A stretch of 64,000 nt of DNA from Takakia lepidozioides (taxonomy: Eukaryota; Plantae; Bryophyta): positions 25,234,001-25,298,000 of the forward strand of contig CM060731.1 of NCBI GenBank assembly GCA_030704615.1, written 5' to 3'. This document shows, piece after piece, positions 36,938-50,247 of the stretch. The notes beneath the pieces are model-generated. The model had not been told where the DNA came from. It was given only the letters and a program-made list of their open reading frames with translations, and ran no database searches. A program made the translations under genes and the position numbers. Numbering within the stretch: position 1 is the first letter of the stretch; each line of letters begins with the position of its first letter.

Positions 36938-39900
36938 CGTCTTCATCCCCGTATGGATATATGAGCAAAAAATGAATTGGAAGCTAGATTGGAAGAAGTA
37001 TACCAATATGACCTCATACTTGGCTGTTTTTTCAGACCCATGTACAAACATATGTCATAATGTTCTCAACTCACAAACAAGAAACGAGGACGAACGTGAG
37101 GATCTGGCGCAAGGATAACTCCTCCCAGGGCCCATTATTAATTTTGGGCCCTGGATTGACACTTGGGCAAAATCAAGTGTCAATACGAAACAATTAGTTA
37201 TTCTTAGCTAGTTTTACACTAGCTACATTAAATTAGATATTTTCTACTAACTAGTAAGTTAACTTGACAATCCAATGGAATCCAGCCTATCCCCCCTTTG
37301 TTCTACCACTACTGGGTCGAGTACATAACTTGCATATTTGTTGGTCTGATAGCATATACTAACCAGGTTCACTCGTGGGAAGAAAAGGTCGAACCAAGAA
37401 AGCAAGTGCTCCCTAAAAGTGCTAGGCAAAGTTGGGCCTGCAGCATGAGGACCAACAAATTTACATGGGTTCCCAACCAAGGAGTCGTTACTTGACTGTG
37501 TTGTCTTTGAAAATATCTCTAAATTGCTTAGTGTCCAAATAGTGTCATCATAGATACCCCCACTCACCCACTTTCAACTTTCAACTCGACCTGTTCCTGC
37601 TGTCAAAGTATTGTTCATTCTTGTATTTGTCTTCGGTGGGAGCAATTCATTCCAAAGACCATCTAATTATTCTTTCCGCTGTGTTCCAGAGAGTATATGA
37701 TTGAGCTAGATAGCAATCATCATTAGGGGTGCCCCTAGAGATTCCAGCCCTCAAAATTGGATCTACTATGTCTGTGTATTCTATCAACATGAACAGTAGG
37801 AAACATGCCCAACCCAATTCTAATTGTCTCCATCATTCGTGTTCCCCAAATGGGCTTAGGATCATCACCATAGTCCTCATCAGTAGAAAATTCAGGAATG
37901 TCAATGTATCCATCAAGTGTCTTAGTATTTTTGAGCACAAATCCCCTCTACCATTGAAGACCAACTTTGCCTTTTTGTAACTTGTGCCATCCCCAAACAA
38001 AGTGCCAATAGGCAGCCCAAACAAATCGCACGACCCAATGTCAAGTGTCCTCAAACCAAGTAATGAATCAAAATCAGTCTCCACCATTTTCTATTATGAA
38101 GGCACATGAATTCAATCTCCCCATAACACACAAGCACAACAAGCTTGATCAGACATGATTCAGACCTATCAACAGATGTACTGGCTACGTTTACTTTCTT
38201 TGACATATGAGACCCCAAGGTTAAGAAAATTCAAAGAATGATGACAAAAAAATTAGGAGTCCTCCACAACAATACATTTTCCCTTTTCAGGATTGGATGG
38301 CGGACTCGCTGCTTGGCTGTGGCGGCGGCGCACTGGGAGCATGGCGAGGCACAGCCCCCGTGGTTCTCAACACAAGGAGGATTCCTATCCGGGCCTATCT
38401 CTCTTAACTGCAAGCTGGTGCTAAGAGTGGATGTCAAGGCACTAGTACCTTCAAGTGCAAGAGGGTACTTGTCACTCAAACATCTAGGCTCAGAATGAAT
38501 CAGGCCAATTGGGGGATGTTTCAAGGTCAAGTTCTGGCCATGGAACATTGTTGATTCCATCAATAGTGGGGCGGACCGTAGCAAGGTATCAATCAAAGGT
38601 AGGTGCACTAGGGGGCTGAAGTCTGCTAGTTTCCTTTGGTCATGACTCTACATCATTTGCATTTTGGTTTAAGGGAAGTTGTGATAAGTGTTATAAGCAC
38701 CTCTGTTTGGCCACTCGTATGACCATCCTCTTTAGATGAGTCCACTGTCCAAACATAGTGTAGATAATCTGAGTAAACAATTGTATGCAAGAGGCGATTT
38801 CAAAGATCATTGAACCCTGAGCTAGACCGGTCAACTGTACATAATCATATAACTTGTGTTAAGCCCAATATTCTAAGGACTATATACGCATTGTCTTGTA
38901 GTTTTTAAATCAATGAATCACTTATTAATTTATAAATAATTATTGACTTTCCATTTCACTAAGATTCAACTGAAATATTAGAGCATCAATTTCGTAGTTG
39001 TATTTCCTACAATTTCATAAGTTTTTGCATATTCTAGTCAAGTTATAGTCAAATATTTCGCTGTTATTTTTTAAATTATCATGGATTTTTAATTATATTA
39101 TTCCCAATTAGACTTACTCATAAAAAATATATAGTATCATATCTCACTACTACACTAAAATATATAACTAGTACCTAGCAACTTGTTTATCTTGTCAACA
39201 ATTCTTAACTATTTAGTGATAAAAACAGTGAAAAGTATCATTAGTGCAAATAATAGTGAAACTTCACTGGTTGGGGAAGCAGTGGTGTGTTGTAGTGAAT
39301 GACATCATGAGTACGTTTTTTTGGGACTACGTCATAAGTTTTTAGGAATACATCAAATATCTTTGTGTGCTCGTGTGAGCATACATACATGTTACCCAAT
39401 TTACCTAATCTATGCATGCAACATCATTGCACCATTTCTTTTCCTCCAAAATGAGCAATAAAAACTCACACGAGCTTTTTGACAATTTGATTGAATAGTT
39501 GCAAATCACGTTAGAATGCTAAAAAAAAACTCATCTAGAAAGAGAGGCCTCCAACCAAAGCCTACATAGCTAAAAATCAAGTCATATTTCGTAGCTACTG
39601 TCATTTTCAAGGATGGGCCTTGTCATCAAACACCAAAACATAGACGCATATATTGCACTTCGGGGTAGCCTAGAGAAAGAAGTGGTATCTAAGTTAATAT
39701 GCTTGGTAGAGTGATAAAGGCCTAGGGTAGAAGCACCGTTCATGGAGCATGTACCCATAGTGGCGCTCCAAAGTACACCCATGGTGCAAGAAAGTATGCC
39801 CATTTTTTGAACATGTCAAGGTGGAGTGCGCCATGATAGGCCATCAAGCTTAAGGAATGAACTACAATTATAGGTAGATGTCCTCTAATGAAAATAGCTC

Positions 39901-40459
39901 CAACTACAAATAGATGGGTCACATTAAGCACTTTCCAATGGTATTTTGGGTTTTTTTTTCCATGATCATCTCAAGTAGAAAAGATATTAATGAGACATGA
40001 ATGAGTCATGATAGGAACAAGATGCGCCACAGGCTGACATTGACATCCTCTACTTCTATCCACTTTTAATAGCAGATAAAGTCATAATATCATTTAATTT
40101 TCAACTAAGAAAAGTTGTCTTATCTTAAGAGCTTTTTGTTAAGATATTACATGATCTCATAGGTTAAAAGCAAAAAAAGTTATTACATTTACCCAACTTG
40201 GTGCACCATGAAGAGTTCTTCTACCCTAAGTGATAAAAGATGTATTGGAACGAATTGTGGTAAGACAGATCTTTTCATAGTTGCGTAAAATGACGTGAAG
40301 TGGCACTAATACCTCAACGGTACGTCTGAAGTCACGTCTTGACGTGCGTTATATAACCTCAAAAATTAACTTTATACCATGTAATTTTTTTAATTTTTTT
40401 AATTTTTTTAATTTTAACTTATATATTGCATAGTTAACCTTGATAACACGTAAAGCCGC

Positions 40460-40865
40460 TTGGTCAGCTCTGATAATCCCAATTTATTTTATAAATAACT
40501 TAATAAATTTGGGACCACCAGCTCTAGCACTCCTGTTTTCGTAAGAATATATTATTAAAATCTGGGACAGTTTATTGTGGCGATCCCAATTTATATTTTA
40601 AATTTCTGATAAATCTAGAACCGCCAATATTCTAGTTTTTTGTTTAATTTTTTAATAAATCTAGGACCGTAATTTTTATGGCTATGGATGTACTTTTTAT
40701 TTTTAAAATAAAACTGAGCCAGCCATCTTGAGCGATTTTTTTTTTAAAATTTTAATTTTGATTTATTTTGGGTAAAATCAGACTGCCAGCTTTGGTGATT
40801 TTAATTTTAATGTTTTGGATAAAATTGAAAACCCCAGCTCTAGATCCAGCGCTAGCAGTCCCCAA
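40460..40865 (+). repeat. Degenerate AT-rich tandem array (ATAAATCTGGGACCGCCAGC-like motif)
   Basis: Motif recurs roughly every 55-60 bp; probably TE subterminal repeats. Confidence 0.5.
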
Positions 40866-41077
40866 ATGTAGTAAAATTCTTAAGTAATCAGTTTTAAATA
40901 TATAAGTTGGCTTACATGTTTTTCTTGTTTGTCATTTTTTCGCTGTTTTTTGAGGTCACGTTGTTGTCGTTTTTTTTTTTTTTTTTTTTTTTTTTCCATA
41001 TCTTAGCCTTAGTGGCATTTATTTTCATCCCCTATTTTTATTTATTTTTAGGTAACAGAGGGGAGATGCCCTGTATA

Positions 41078-41742
41078 CCGTCCCTGGACAATCGTTTAGG
41101 CATTTATGCGCCTAATAATAAAATCAATCAATCAGAAAATTAGGCATGTTTTGAAAACAATTTCTCAAATTAGGCATCTTCATGCTGAAATTTTTGGGAA
41201 TTAGGCACATGAGAAGACAAAACATTTATTTTCTTAAGAATAAAATTACACCCAATGCCCATGGGCCCTTCCAGGCTCAAGCTACATTTCATTTCCTTTG
41301 AAACCCTAAAAATGCCCCTCTTTGTTGTACGCGGTGCTCCAAGGCTCAAGCTGGTAGAGACAAACTCTCCCTTCGCTCTCACACTTTCGGTGAGTTCAAT
41401 ATTGATAGTCCACACTAGTGTAGGCACGTTGGTTTCAGGGCTTTGGTACATATTGGTATGTTGGTGCATGGTGAAACCTCTTACATAATGGTACTCTTGA
41501 ATTGTGGTAGGCTAGTTATTTCCGCACACATATATTTGTATTGATTTTTGTTCAAAGAAATTTTGATCTTATTACAAACAACATGAGAAGAGGCTCGCAA
41601 GCTTCTTGGTGGAATTTTTGGGCATTAGGCACTTTGGTCCCATAATTTCCCAATAATTAGGCCAAAATCTGAAAAATTCACAGAATTGATTAGGCACTTT
41701 CATTTTGAATTAATTATCGCCTAAACGGTTGTCCAGGGACGG
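41078..41742. mobile_element. Tc1/mariner-type MITE, 24-bp TIR, TA TSD
   Basis: TA|CCGTCCCTGGACAATCGTTTAGGC ... GCCTAAACGGTTGTCCAGGGACGG|TA. Confidence 0.88.
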
Positions 41743-42646
41743 TAGCACATGAAGGCTGTTATTATGAATGCCCTTTCTAGTGCTTGCTTTTATGACGGTG
41801 AGTGGCTTAATCTTCCACCTTGTATGTTTGATAATAAAGGTTAGTGAAAAATATATTTTTCGTTCTTAAAGGATGGATGCACTAGTGGAATCAGCAGTGT
41901 GATATCAAACGTGATAGAATATGAATTTGATGAAATGCATGGTGAGATTATGGATGGAAATTATAGTAGTTGGGGGGACGTTTATGATATGAAATGATAG
42001 CTACTTCTTACATCTGATGTAACCCCACTAGATCACGAGCCTCGTTAAAAAGATTGCTTGATACATCCATAGTCAATATGTGGGTACTCTATCGCAGGCA
42101 CATGGCTTCTTTGGGCAGAAATGCATTGACTCATGCCCACTTTGAATTATTGATTGTTGACGCTCTGAGAGGGACATGACAACACATGTGCACATGTATA
42201 TATTTGGTGGTACCTTCAAAAGAGCTAGCTATTCATATGGTTGAGCGTTCTCATTTAGATCGCAGATGTATTGTTTGCAGTCGGAGGTGTTGCACATTTA
42301 ATTGTGGATGTTGTGGCAATCGCTGCAACTGTTTTCAAAGAGTTCATCGTTGACATCGCTAGGTGTCATAGATGTCAATTTTGATAGTGGCTACTTGGAA
42401 CTCTTTACATTGGTGACAATCATTTTTGCTATTTTTGTTTATGGGTAATGTGTATTGTAGGGGATGACGGGAGCGTGGTGGGGTGATATGCTCAGATTTG
42501 TGGGTTTATGTGCGTGCATTGCAGGGGGCTGATTTTTGACATGATAGTTTGACATTCTACTTCGACTAGTAGTAATCACTAACATTTTAGGATCGCTACC
42601 AATAGCTAGAGGGAGGGGAAGAGGGGGCTATGGGATGGTAGTGGTA

Positions 42647-43631
42647 CGGTGCAACGACGCTATCGCGTGAGCCTGGCGTGTGAGCGTACGCTCACACAAT
42701 GGTGATGTGGCCCGAGCCTACACTCACAACGCTGACGTTGCGCTGGTGCCGATGTGGCGTGAGCCCACCCAAGGTCGTGCCACGTCACCACAAAGATGGT
42801 GGGCCTATAACCGTGGAGCCTATAAGTGTGGGATTTCACCATCTGAAGGTGAGATGGGTTAAGGGTTTAGGGCGTCCGCAGAGGAGCAACAACACCTGAC
42901 ATGCTTCCAGTGGAGGTAGGGAGAGAGACATCCAATGGATAGCCCAGTGGTTAGGGCGTAACACTGCTTCATTAGTGGTTGTGGGTTCAAAACCACAGAA
43001 GTCTGTTGGATGTCATAGGGTGTCCACCTTTCCATCGGAAGTCAGTAGCCCTTGGGGGTTAAGTGACACCATAAGTTACCCTTGCTTCTGCAAGAGTCCA
43101 TATTTATTTTAAGGGAGAGATGTACTCCTAAGACGTTTGCAGGAGCCTTATGGCTATAGACCCTGTGTCCGATTTAAGTGGAACAAGAGCAAACAATCAC
43201 TATCTTTGTGAGGGGCTCACCCCAGTAGTGGGACTTACCTTGATATAAACAATTTGTTCGGGATTTCATGGTGTTTGTCTGGAGAACGTCTATCAATGAA
43301 AAGTGGATGTGAATTGGGGGGAAGGAACTTCGTTAGAACAAATTCATTCTCCTTCGTGTTCATTACGCAATAGGACATTGTACTATCTGAAATATCTTGT
43401 GCTCATGGACAAAAACCATCCACAAACCACCCGTGATTTCTCATCCGACCAAGATTTGGATGAGGGATGAGACTTCTTGGAAAATAAAGTTGGCAAATCT
43501 GGGGCGTGGTAGTCACCTACAGTTCCGCAGAAATAGGTGGCATCCGCGGAATTAGGTCATGCACATGGGAAACCTTGCTGACGTGGCGTGAGCCTGGCTA
43601 GGCTCACAGGCTCACGCGCAAGCATTCCCCG
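42647..43631. mobile_element. Possible non-autonomous TIR element containing a tRNA-like head
   Basis: CGCGTGAGCCTG / CAGGCTCACGCG inverted pair near the ends; flanks TAGTGGTA / TAGTGGTG (7 of 8 match). Confidence 0.4.
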
Positions 43632-44287
43632 TAGTGGTGGGGATAAAAAGGGTCCGCTCGGCTGCGATGGGCAGTTCAAGTGGGTTCAATTCCCACTCGA
43701 GTTTGGGTTATGGTAGGGAGATGTGTAGGACTCATTGTAGAAAAAACATGTATCACTAAGTTTAGTACCTGGCTGAACTAGTATTGATATGTATGTATCA
43801 TGAACAAATTCAAGAACCCCTTGAATCGTTGTATATTTCCTTTGGCACCTTGGATGGAATTGATATGTTGGCACGAAAATGTGTGAGATCAAATCACAAA
43901 GACAATATGAAGACTTCAAGGGATGCATATCTTGACAGCAAATAAATGACTTAGAAAATTTGAGGGCGTTCCACATAGACTTGAAAGCACACAAATGACT
44001 TAGAACAAATTCAAGGGGCTTCAAGCATACACATATAGTATCCATGATCATTGGAGGGAGAGTTGAAGGTGCTAAAAATAGAGAGCGTGGGAACGACCAA
44101 TAGGGCGGCAAGGCAAGGTTACGATGACAATTCTAGTTTTGCGATAGATTTTTGACAATTGTCCATGCTGCGACAACCATGCATGCTTCCAGAAAATTCC
44201 ACTACCGCTTGAAGGTCTCTGCTTGCCGTTTGAAGCCCCTGTTGGAGCCCGCAGTAGAAGAGGTGAGTAGAAGAGGAGAGGTTCAGG

Positions 44288-45111
44288 ATGGGCATGAAGG
44301 CAGATGCTAGGAGGAAGGCAATGGATCGATTTAGAGAGGGTAAGAATTTCATTCAAGAAATTGTTACTATTAGCGTGGGAGGAGTTTTGTGTTTCTTGTT
44401 GTGTTTGTTTAAGGACCTTACGAAAGTGCTCAATGACTTCAGACTTTTTCTTCATGCAAACGATCGTACATGTATGACAAAAATGGATGTCTTCCTGCGT
44501 CGATACTGTGAAGCCGGTATTTGTTCTTTGGAAAGAGGTGGGAGTCTTCTACATTTGCATTTGCAAATGGTATGCAAATTGTTTGTGAAAAGTCTGGTGA
44601 CACTCAATAAATTCATCAAAATTGAATTGGGGTGGGATAATCCAAAAATTGCTCCACCTGACAATTATGTCCATTGTAAACTCTTGAAACACACAGGCTT
44701 GCATACGTATACTGGAATGGTTGGGTACTGTTTGAAAGATAAAGATGAACCCGACTTTGAGTTTGTTCATAGCAATGTTACGAGTGATGAGATGAACCAG
44801 GGTATGGAGGAATATATCAAGTTTGGTGCTAGTGTTGCCAAGAATCGTGTGTGTTTGACACATCAAAACCTTGTACATCGAGCACATATGTGGTGTAAAT
44901 ACAAGATGCAGAGTGTTCTATCTTCCACGTTGCCAAAAGTTCTGTTTGATAAGATGAAATCTGGACAGTTTTATCCTATTGCGAACTGAGTGGTTTCTTT
45001 TCATAACAGGGGAATGGATTTAGAAAGATCAGCCTCTATATGGAAATGCATGGTTGCCTCTCATCAGTTACAAATGGTGGATGTGGCAAGGATCGTTTTT
45101 GATGTTTCAAC
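44288..45111 (+). pseudogene. Replitron-type HUH endonuclease, 5' part (continues at 60213-60453 after nested insertions)
   Basis: ERGGSLLHLHLQ (HUH motif), GLHTYTGMVGYCLKD (catalytic Tyr motif), SGQFYP; no helicase domain; in-frame TGA at 44987. Confidence 0.8.
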
Positions 45112-45320
45112 CAGTGTTGGACCAGTATCATCAACATTTCATACCAGCCAGGGTATGGTATTGTTGGTGAAGAGGCCTCCTTCATACCTGGCAGGTAATG
45201 GTATCAAGGTAGGTATTAAGTTTTTAATGTACTAGTTTGGTATGTATATTGTTTTTGGCCTGGTATGGTATGGTATCAATATTTCAAATTTCAAATCTTA
45301 TACTAGGGGTATATCAATAA

Positions 45321-45721
45321 GCCTCTCATTTTACAATAATTGGGACGTTATAGCGTACGCGCGAGCTGACTGGTGGGCCCCGCGCACGGACGCCCGGCTC
45401 CCCCCACCCGCCGCTGCGCGCGGTCGCCCACCTGCTGCCGCGGCCCCACCAGCCGCGCCCGCGGCAGCCCTGCCCGTGCTCCGCCGCGCCCCCAGTCTGG
45501 CACGGCCAGTCCGCCCGCCAGTCCGCTGCCCGTGAGTCTAGTTCCCCTCAGTCCGCCAAACCGCCAGTCTGTTGTGCACGCCAGTCCGCTGCCAGTCCCC
45601 GCAAGTCCACCCAACAGTCCGCTGTGCCCGTCTGCTGCCCCCCAGTCTGCCAGTCTGCCAGTCCGTGCCGGCCGAAGGATCTGGATCGTCCATTCTGCGA
45701 AACCCATCCGCGCCATCCATG
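45321..45721 (+). repeat. MULE-2 left TIR
   Basis: Inverted near-copy of 59192-59615. Confidence 0.92.
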
Positions 45722-46008
45722 CCAGTCCGCTGTGCCAGTCCCGACTAGTCCACCCAACAGTCTGCCCGCCAGTCCACCGCCCATGAGTCTGCTTTCCTCC
45801 AGTCCACTGATGATGCCGCATCTGGACCGTCCGTTCGCAAATGCCATCTGAGCCCTCCATTTTTAGGGCATGAATTCTAAGCCGCCTACCACTTGCCAGC
45901 AGCCGCGAACGTGCGCACTGATGCTCCTTGCACGTTGTCCATCATGTCCAGTGTACTGCGGCGCGTTTCTTGCAGGTTCTGAAGCGCGTCCTCTGTACTA
46001 TACAGGGC

Positions 46009-49000
46009 ATGGACGTGGAAGTAGAAGGTGATGATATACTAAAAACGAGATGCTGGATTATACGGCCTCTTCGACAAAGTTTGCAAACACCCAAACCAGG
46101 ACCCTTCAACATGAATGACCTCCAATGGAAGAGAGACACGCAATATGGTTATATGGGTGCCAGACAGAATGTTCTGAAGGCCTGCATACCATAGGATAGA
46201 GTTGATGACTTTCTCCTTGGAGAGGAGAGTTTGGTGGACTACCCCACTCAGTTTTGGGTGAATGTCCATACTAAAGTGCAACCCGGCATGCTAAAAGAGC
46301 CGAGAGCCAGCAGTTCTCTGAATAGTATCATGTGTGCTCCATCCTCATCGTCCTTTTGTAGTCTGATTGCATGTCTGTTGCCATTTTTTGTACCCACATT
46401 TTGTGATTTCATGCTTCCAGAAGTCGATGGATATCCATTGTGATTTTTATGTCCAGATATCAATGCTGCTACGGTCCAGATGACAAGTGCACCAACAATG
46501 CGATAGTGGAGGATCCCAAACTGAAACGTGGAGGACCTCTTGTGGGTGCTGGAACATCTCACATTCATAAATGCCCAAGGAGAAAGAAGTTGGAATATGG
46601 AGAGTCTTACAAGCGTGGTTGCCAGTGCTGTTTCAAGGTCCAGCAATGCTATCTCGCCCCCGATATTTGTGTCTTCACATACTACAACAATATGGAGCAT
46701 ACAGACGCGAAATGGAACGCCTGTCATGGGAAGTCCGTTGAGTTCAGGAACACTCGCCACGCCTATGTACCACACATTAGCGAGAAATTGAAAGCATGGG
46801 TCATGGAGTGTCTGTGCTGAGGCCTGTCAGTCGCCCAAATCATGATGGAACATAAAGAGCACGTCATGAACAACACCGGGTTGGGGGATGCATGGACATG
46901 GGACGATTTTTTGCTGGAGCAGGATGTGCGCAACCTGGCCGAGAAATGGGCGTAGCAAACGTTCAAAAAACATGCCAACGATGCGGAGAGTGTCCGCATG
47001 TGGAAAGACCAGAACCCGAAATCGGTCTTCTTCTATCAAGAGGAGAAATTGGCGCCAACATTCAAGCACTACGATGGCGACTTAACATTCACAATCGGCA
47101 TACAGACTGAGTGGCAGAAGAAGCGAATGCTTCAATTAGGCCATGCCTGTATCGTTGCATGCGATGCAACCTTTGGGACAAATCACCACAAGGTACTTTT
47201 CATCCCTTTCAGACATTCTGCATTTGAACAGTTCCCATTGTACACGTTGATGGTCTTCGACGAGTGGCTTAACGGTATACCAATTGCGTACATCATATGC
47301 GCCCGTGAGCAGATAACAGACCTGGTGCCGTGGATGGCAGCCTTGCGAGACTCTCTCCTCGCAGAAATGCCGGACTGGCGACCCAATGCCTTCATTGTGG
47401 ACGATGCCGATGCCAAAATAAACGCCATTACGTAAGTTTCACGTACCCTCCTGTACACTCGCGTGCAAGTCCGTCGTCTACGTCCATTGTTTGTCTCTTC
47501 GGCAAGTCCCCTGCCATACAACGTCTGCTCCGACCTCAGTCTGGTCCAGCAAGTCCGCTGGCAGGCAGGTCCGCTGCAAGACTCACGTGCGCGAGTCTGC
47601 TGCGACCTCAGTCTGGTCGAGCAAGTCCGCTCACAGGCGAGTCCGCCGGAGGGGACTGTTCGCAAGCAGTCCGCTGCAAGACACACGTGCAAGAGTCTGC
47701 TGCGACCTCAGTCTCGTCGAGCAAGTCCGCTCGCAGGCGAGTCCGCCGGAGGGGACTATTCGCAAGCAGTCCGCTGCAAGACATGTGCGCAAGTCTGCTG
47801 CGACCTCAGTCTGGTCGAGCAAGTCCGCTCGCAGGCGAGTCCGGTGTCGTGAGGGCAACACTCATGGTAGGTCAGAGTGGGCGAGTCTTCTGCCTGAATC
47901 CGTTTGGAACAGACAGGCAGACCAGTCAACTAGACAGTCTACTGGGTTAGTGCCCAAGTCCATCGGCGAAGTCCTCTTTGAAGTCTCTCATGTGGGCATG
48001 TGTACTTTGCATGGCTGTTTTTCGAGGAGTGCTCATTTTCATGTGCCTTTGGCATGTCCGGCGGGCTTGGGTGAAGCAATCATGCGCGAAAACCAAAGAT
48101 CCTATCATTGCCGCAAATTTGCTGAAAGATATGGGAGACCTCATGTACTATAGAGGTGGACCAATCAATCCCAAAGAAGGTCTTGCATGGGTAGCAACAA
48201 CACTCCGACACATGAGAAAGAAATATCCGAATGGGCATGAATTTCTGGACTACATCGATAAGGAATGGCGTCCTAAAATAGCAATGTGGTGTACAACAGC
48301 TCGCCATGTTCCGCATGCCAGTCAAGACACCAATGCTAGCATTGAGGCATACCATGGAAACTTGAAGGCAAGACTGAGGATGGGGAAAGCCAAAATGACT
48401 GGGCGTAGAGTGGATTGGCTCATATGGGAACTCACAGGCCGTGTGCTAACATACTACTGGTATGCAATTCACCTGAAGATGCACGGATTCATAAGGAATG
48501 ACAAACAGGAGAAGTACATGTCCAGTTCTGTGCTTGCGGCACGCGATATCCCAGCTTGCAATGTCAATCTTCCATTCCATCCTGGGCAACCAGCCTATGT
48601 TCTAAGCACCAATCACCCAAACACAATTTACATTGTTTACAACCCCGGATGCGAATGGGCTTCTTGCACTTGCCCATGGGCAATGAAGGGCAATTTGTGC
48701 AAGCATCAAGTCCGAGTCCTGAAGTTGCTTCATCCACACGTGCAGGATGGACTCATAGTGCGCGCTTGTGGCACGGCGCTGGGAACCATTCATGGAGGAT
48801 TGCATAATGTGTTTAGGATTCATGCAAGTATCGGCGACGAAGAGGGTTTGGGAAATGCAACAGAGGGCCCTTCCACAGATGACTTCCCCTATGATGCGGA
48901 GCCTGTCCTCGTACCATCCTCCATAGATGAAGAATTTGCAGACATACTTCGCATTGTTGGGGACGACAAATACCTGCAGAAACATGTTTTGTCTTTTCAT

Positions 49001-49261
49001 CGTATCTGTAGGGGGCAACTTGTTGATATTCTCGCCAAGAGTGCTGCAGTAATGCTGCACCTTGCGGCATCAAAGAGCTTCCATCCTGTAAATGACAACA
49101 ACAATATGTCGCTGAAAAGGAAACGAGATTTCGTTGAGGCATGGAAAACGCGACCCAGGGTCTTACGCAAAACAGGGAAGAGGGTTGGTGCCCCAACACC
49201 TGCAGCACACATATACTCCACAATCCGGAGAGTCGCAAACCGTATACCAGATTTAAAGTAG
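46009..49261 (+). pseudogene. MULE/SWIM transposase of MULE-2 (premature stops)
   Basis: KRGCQCCF, GIQTEWQ, ACDATFGTN, FDEWLNGIPIAYII, FIVDDADAKI, CLWHVRRAW, DTNASIEAYHG, SWIM CTCPWAMKGNLCKH; stops at ~46194, 46820 and 46935; intron positions match the MULE-1 transposase. Confidence 0.92.
47523..47845 (+). repeat. ~100-bp AGTC-rich tandem array inside transposase intron
   Basis: GTCTGCTGCGACCTCAGTCTGGTCGAGCAAGTCCGCT starts at ~47523, 47595, 47695 and 47793. Confidence 0.9.
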
Positions 49262-49373
49262 AGTAGGAAATGTAAGAAATGGTACAGTATCATTCTCCCC
49301 ATGAAATAAAATTTCAGCGGTACGATTGCATGTGTACCAGACGTCCAACCTGCCTGCCAACCAGCCTGGTAAA

Positions 49374-49501
49374 CCAGTCTTCTGGCGTCTGAACCAGTCT
49401 GCTCAATCAGTCTTCTACCGTCTGATCCAGTCTGCTCAACCAGTCTTCTGGTGTCTGAACCAGTCTGCTCAACCACTCTTCTGGTATCTGAACCAGTCTG
49501 C
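49374..49501 (+). repeat. 33-bp tandem repeat x4 (CCAGTCTTCTGGCGTCTGAACCAGTCTGCTCAA), with CAGTCT-rich sequence continuing to ~49920
   Basis: Direct reading of the sequence. Confidence 0.9.
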
Positions 49502-50247
49502 CGTACCAGGCTGGGACTCAGTCTTCAAACAGTCTGCTGTGCCAACCTTCTCTTGAGCAGACCAGTCTCCCGGTTCTGAACGTGCCTGCACTTGGCTGAC
49601 CAGTGAGCCTCATGTGGTCTGCTCATCAGACTGGCCATTCTCAGCACGGTGGACTCTCATTACTCTGCTGACTAGACTTGGCAGTCTACTGGCCAATGCC
49701 ATCCGCCTGTCCTATACCACTCTGGCGACTCTCGACAGTCTACTCACCAGTGCAGACTCATGGTTCCCAATCGCATCTGCCAGTCTGCCGGACTGGTCCC
49801 AACTCCTCAGTCTGTCGGACTCTCGTCAGTCTGGCGACATTGCCATCTGTCTGCTCACAAGCCTAGGCATACCCTCTTCCCGTACTCTGGCAGTCTGCTG
49901 ACTCTTGGCTGTTTGCTGACCAGTGGACTCCATTGGTATGTTAAACAAAATGATTGTGTGTGCAGAGGTAAGTCCGCTTAACCACATGCAGTGAATTGGT
50001 CACAAATCTACAGCGACTACTCCACACTGCACTCATATGTGACCAATAGGATGTGTATACAAAGTCATATTTTATTTCGTTGTAAATGCTCAAAAGCATG
50101 CTTTCAATACACATAAATTGAACATAAATCTGAAATCACAGAGGTGGAAGACGGCAGGGCACAACCTGTACGGCGTCATTGGAAAGAAGCGACTGGGCAT
50201 ACTGCTCCCCTGCTTGAATGTCAGTATGTCTGTGCTGCTCAGAGCGG

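Larger units (their letters stand above)
33850..37500 (-). pseudogene. Fragmented piggyBac (DDE_Tnp_1_7-like) transposase
   Basis: Colinear motifs WFDLFFP..ICYQTNKYA (~37330-37400), ICLYMGLKKQPSMRSYW (~37000-37050), FEAIMQYLHLVDN..DRLEK..YNPDKYLTID (36370-36540), DNLFTS..GTYATGTCKTNRIG (34230-34330) and MRGVDIHDHLRGSYS (33940-33990). Possible terminus AAGG|TTAA at 38220. Confidence 0.8.

Noticed and set aside
8488-39297. CACTACAACACACC at 8488 and its inverse at 39284-39297 as ends of one 31-kb CACTA element
   Set aside because: Flanks TTC and AAT give no 3-bp TSD, and the span would cross the MULE-1 boundary and host genes; more likely two copies of one family
39670-39720. Copia RNase H-like YHSTKHI..RYHF motif on the minus strand
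   Set aside because: Too short, and no flanking RT, integrase or LTR sequence was recognised
45348-45860. Long Pro/Ala/Gly-rich ORFs in the MULE-2 TIRs (also 59187-59633, 47330-48153, 7462-7923)
   Set aside because: Artefacts of GC-rich TIRs or tandem repeats lacking stop codons
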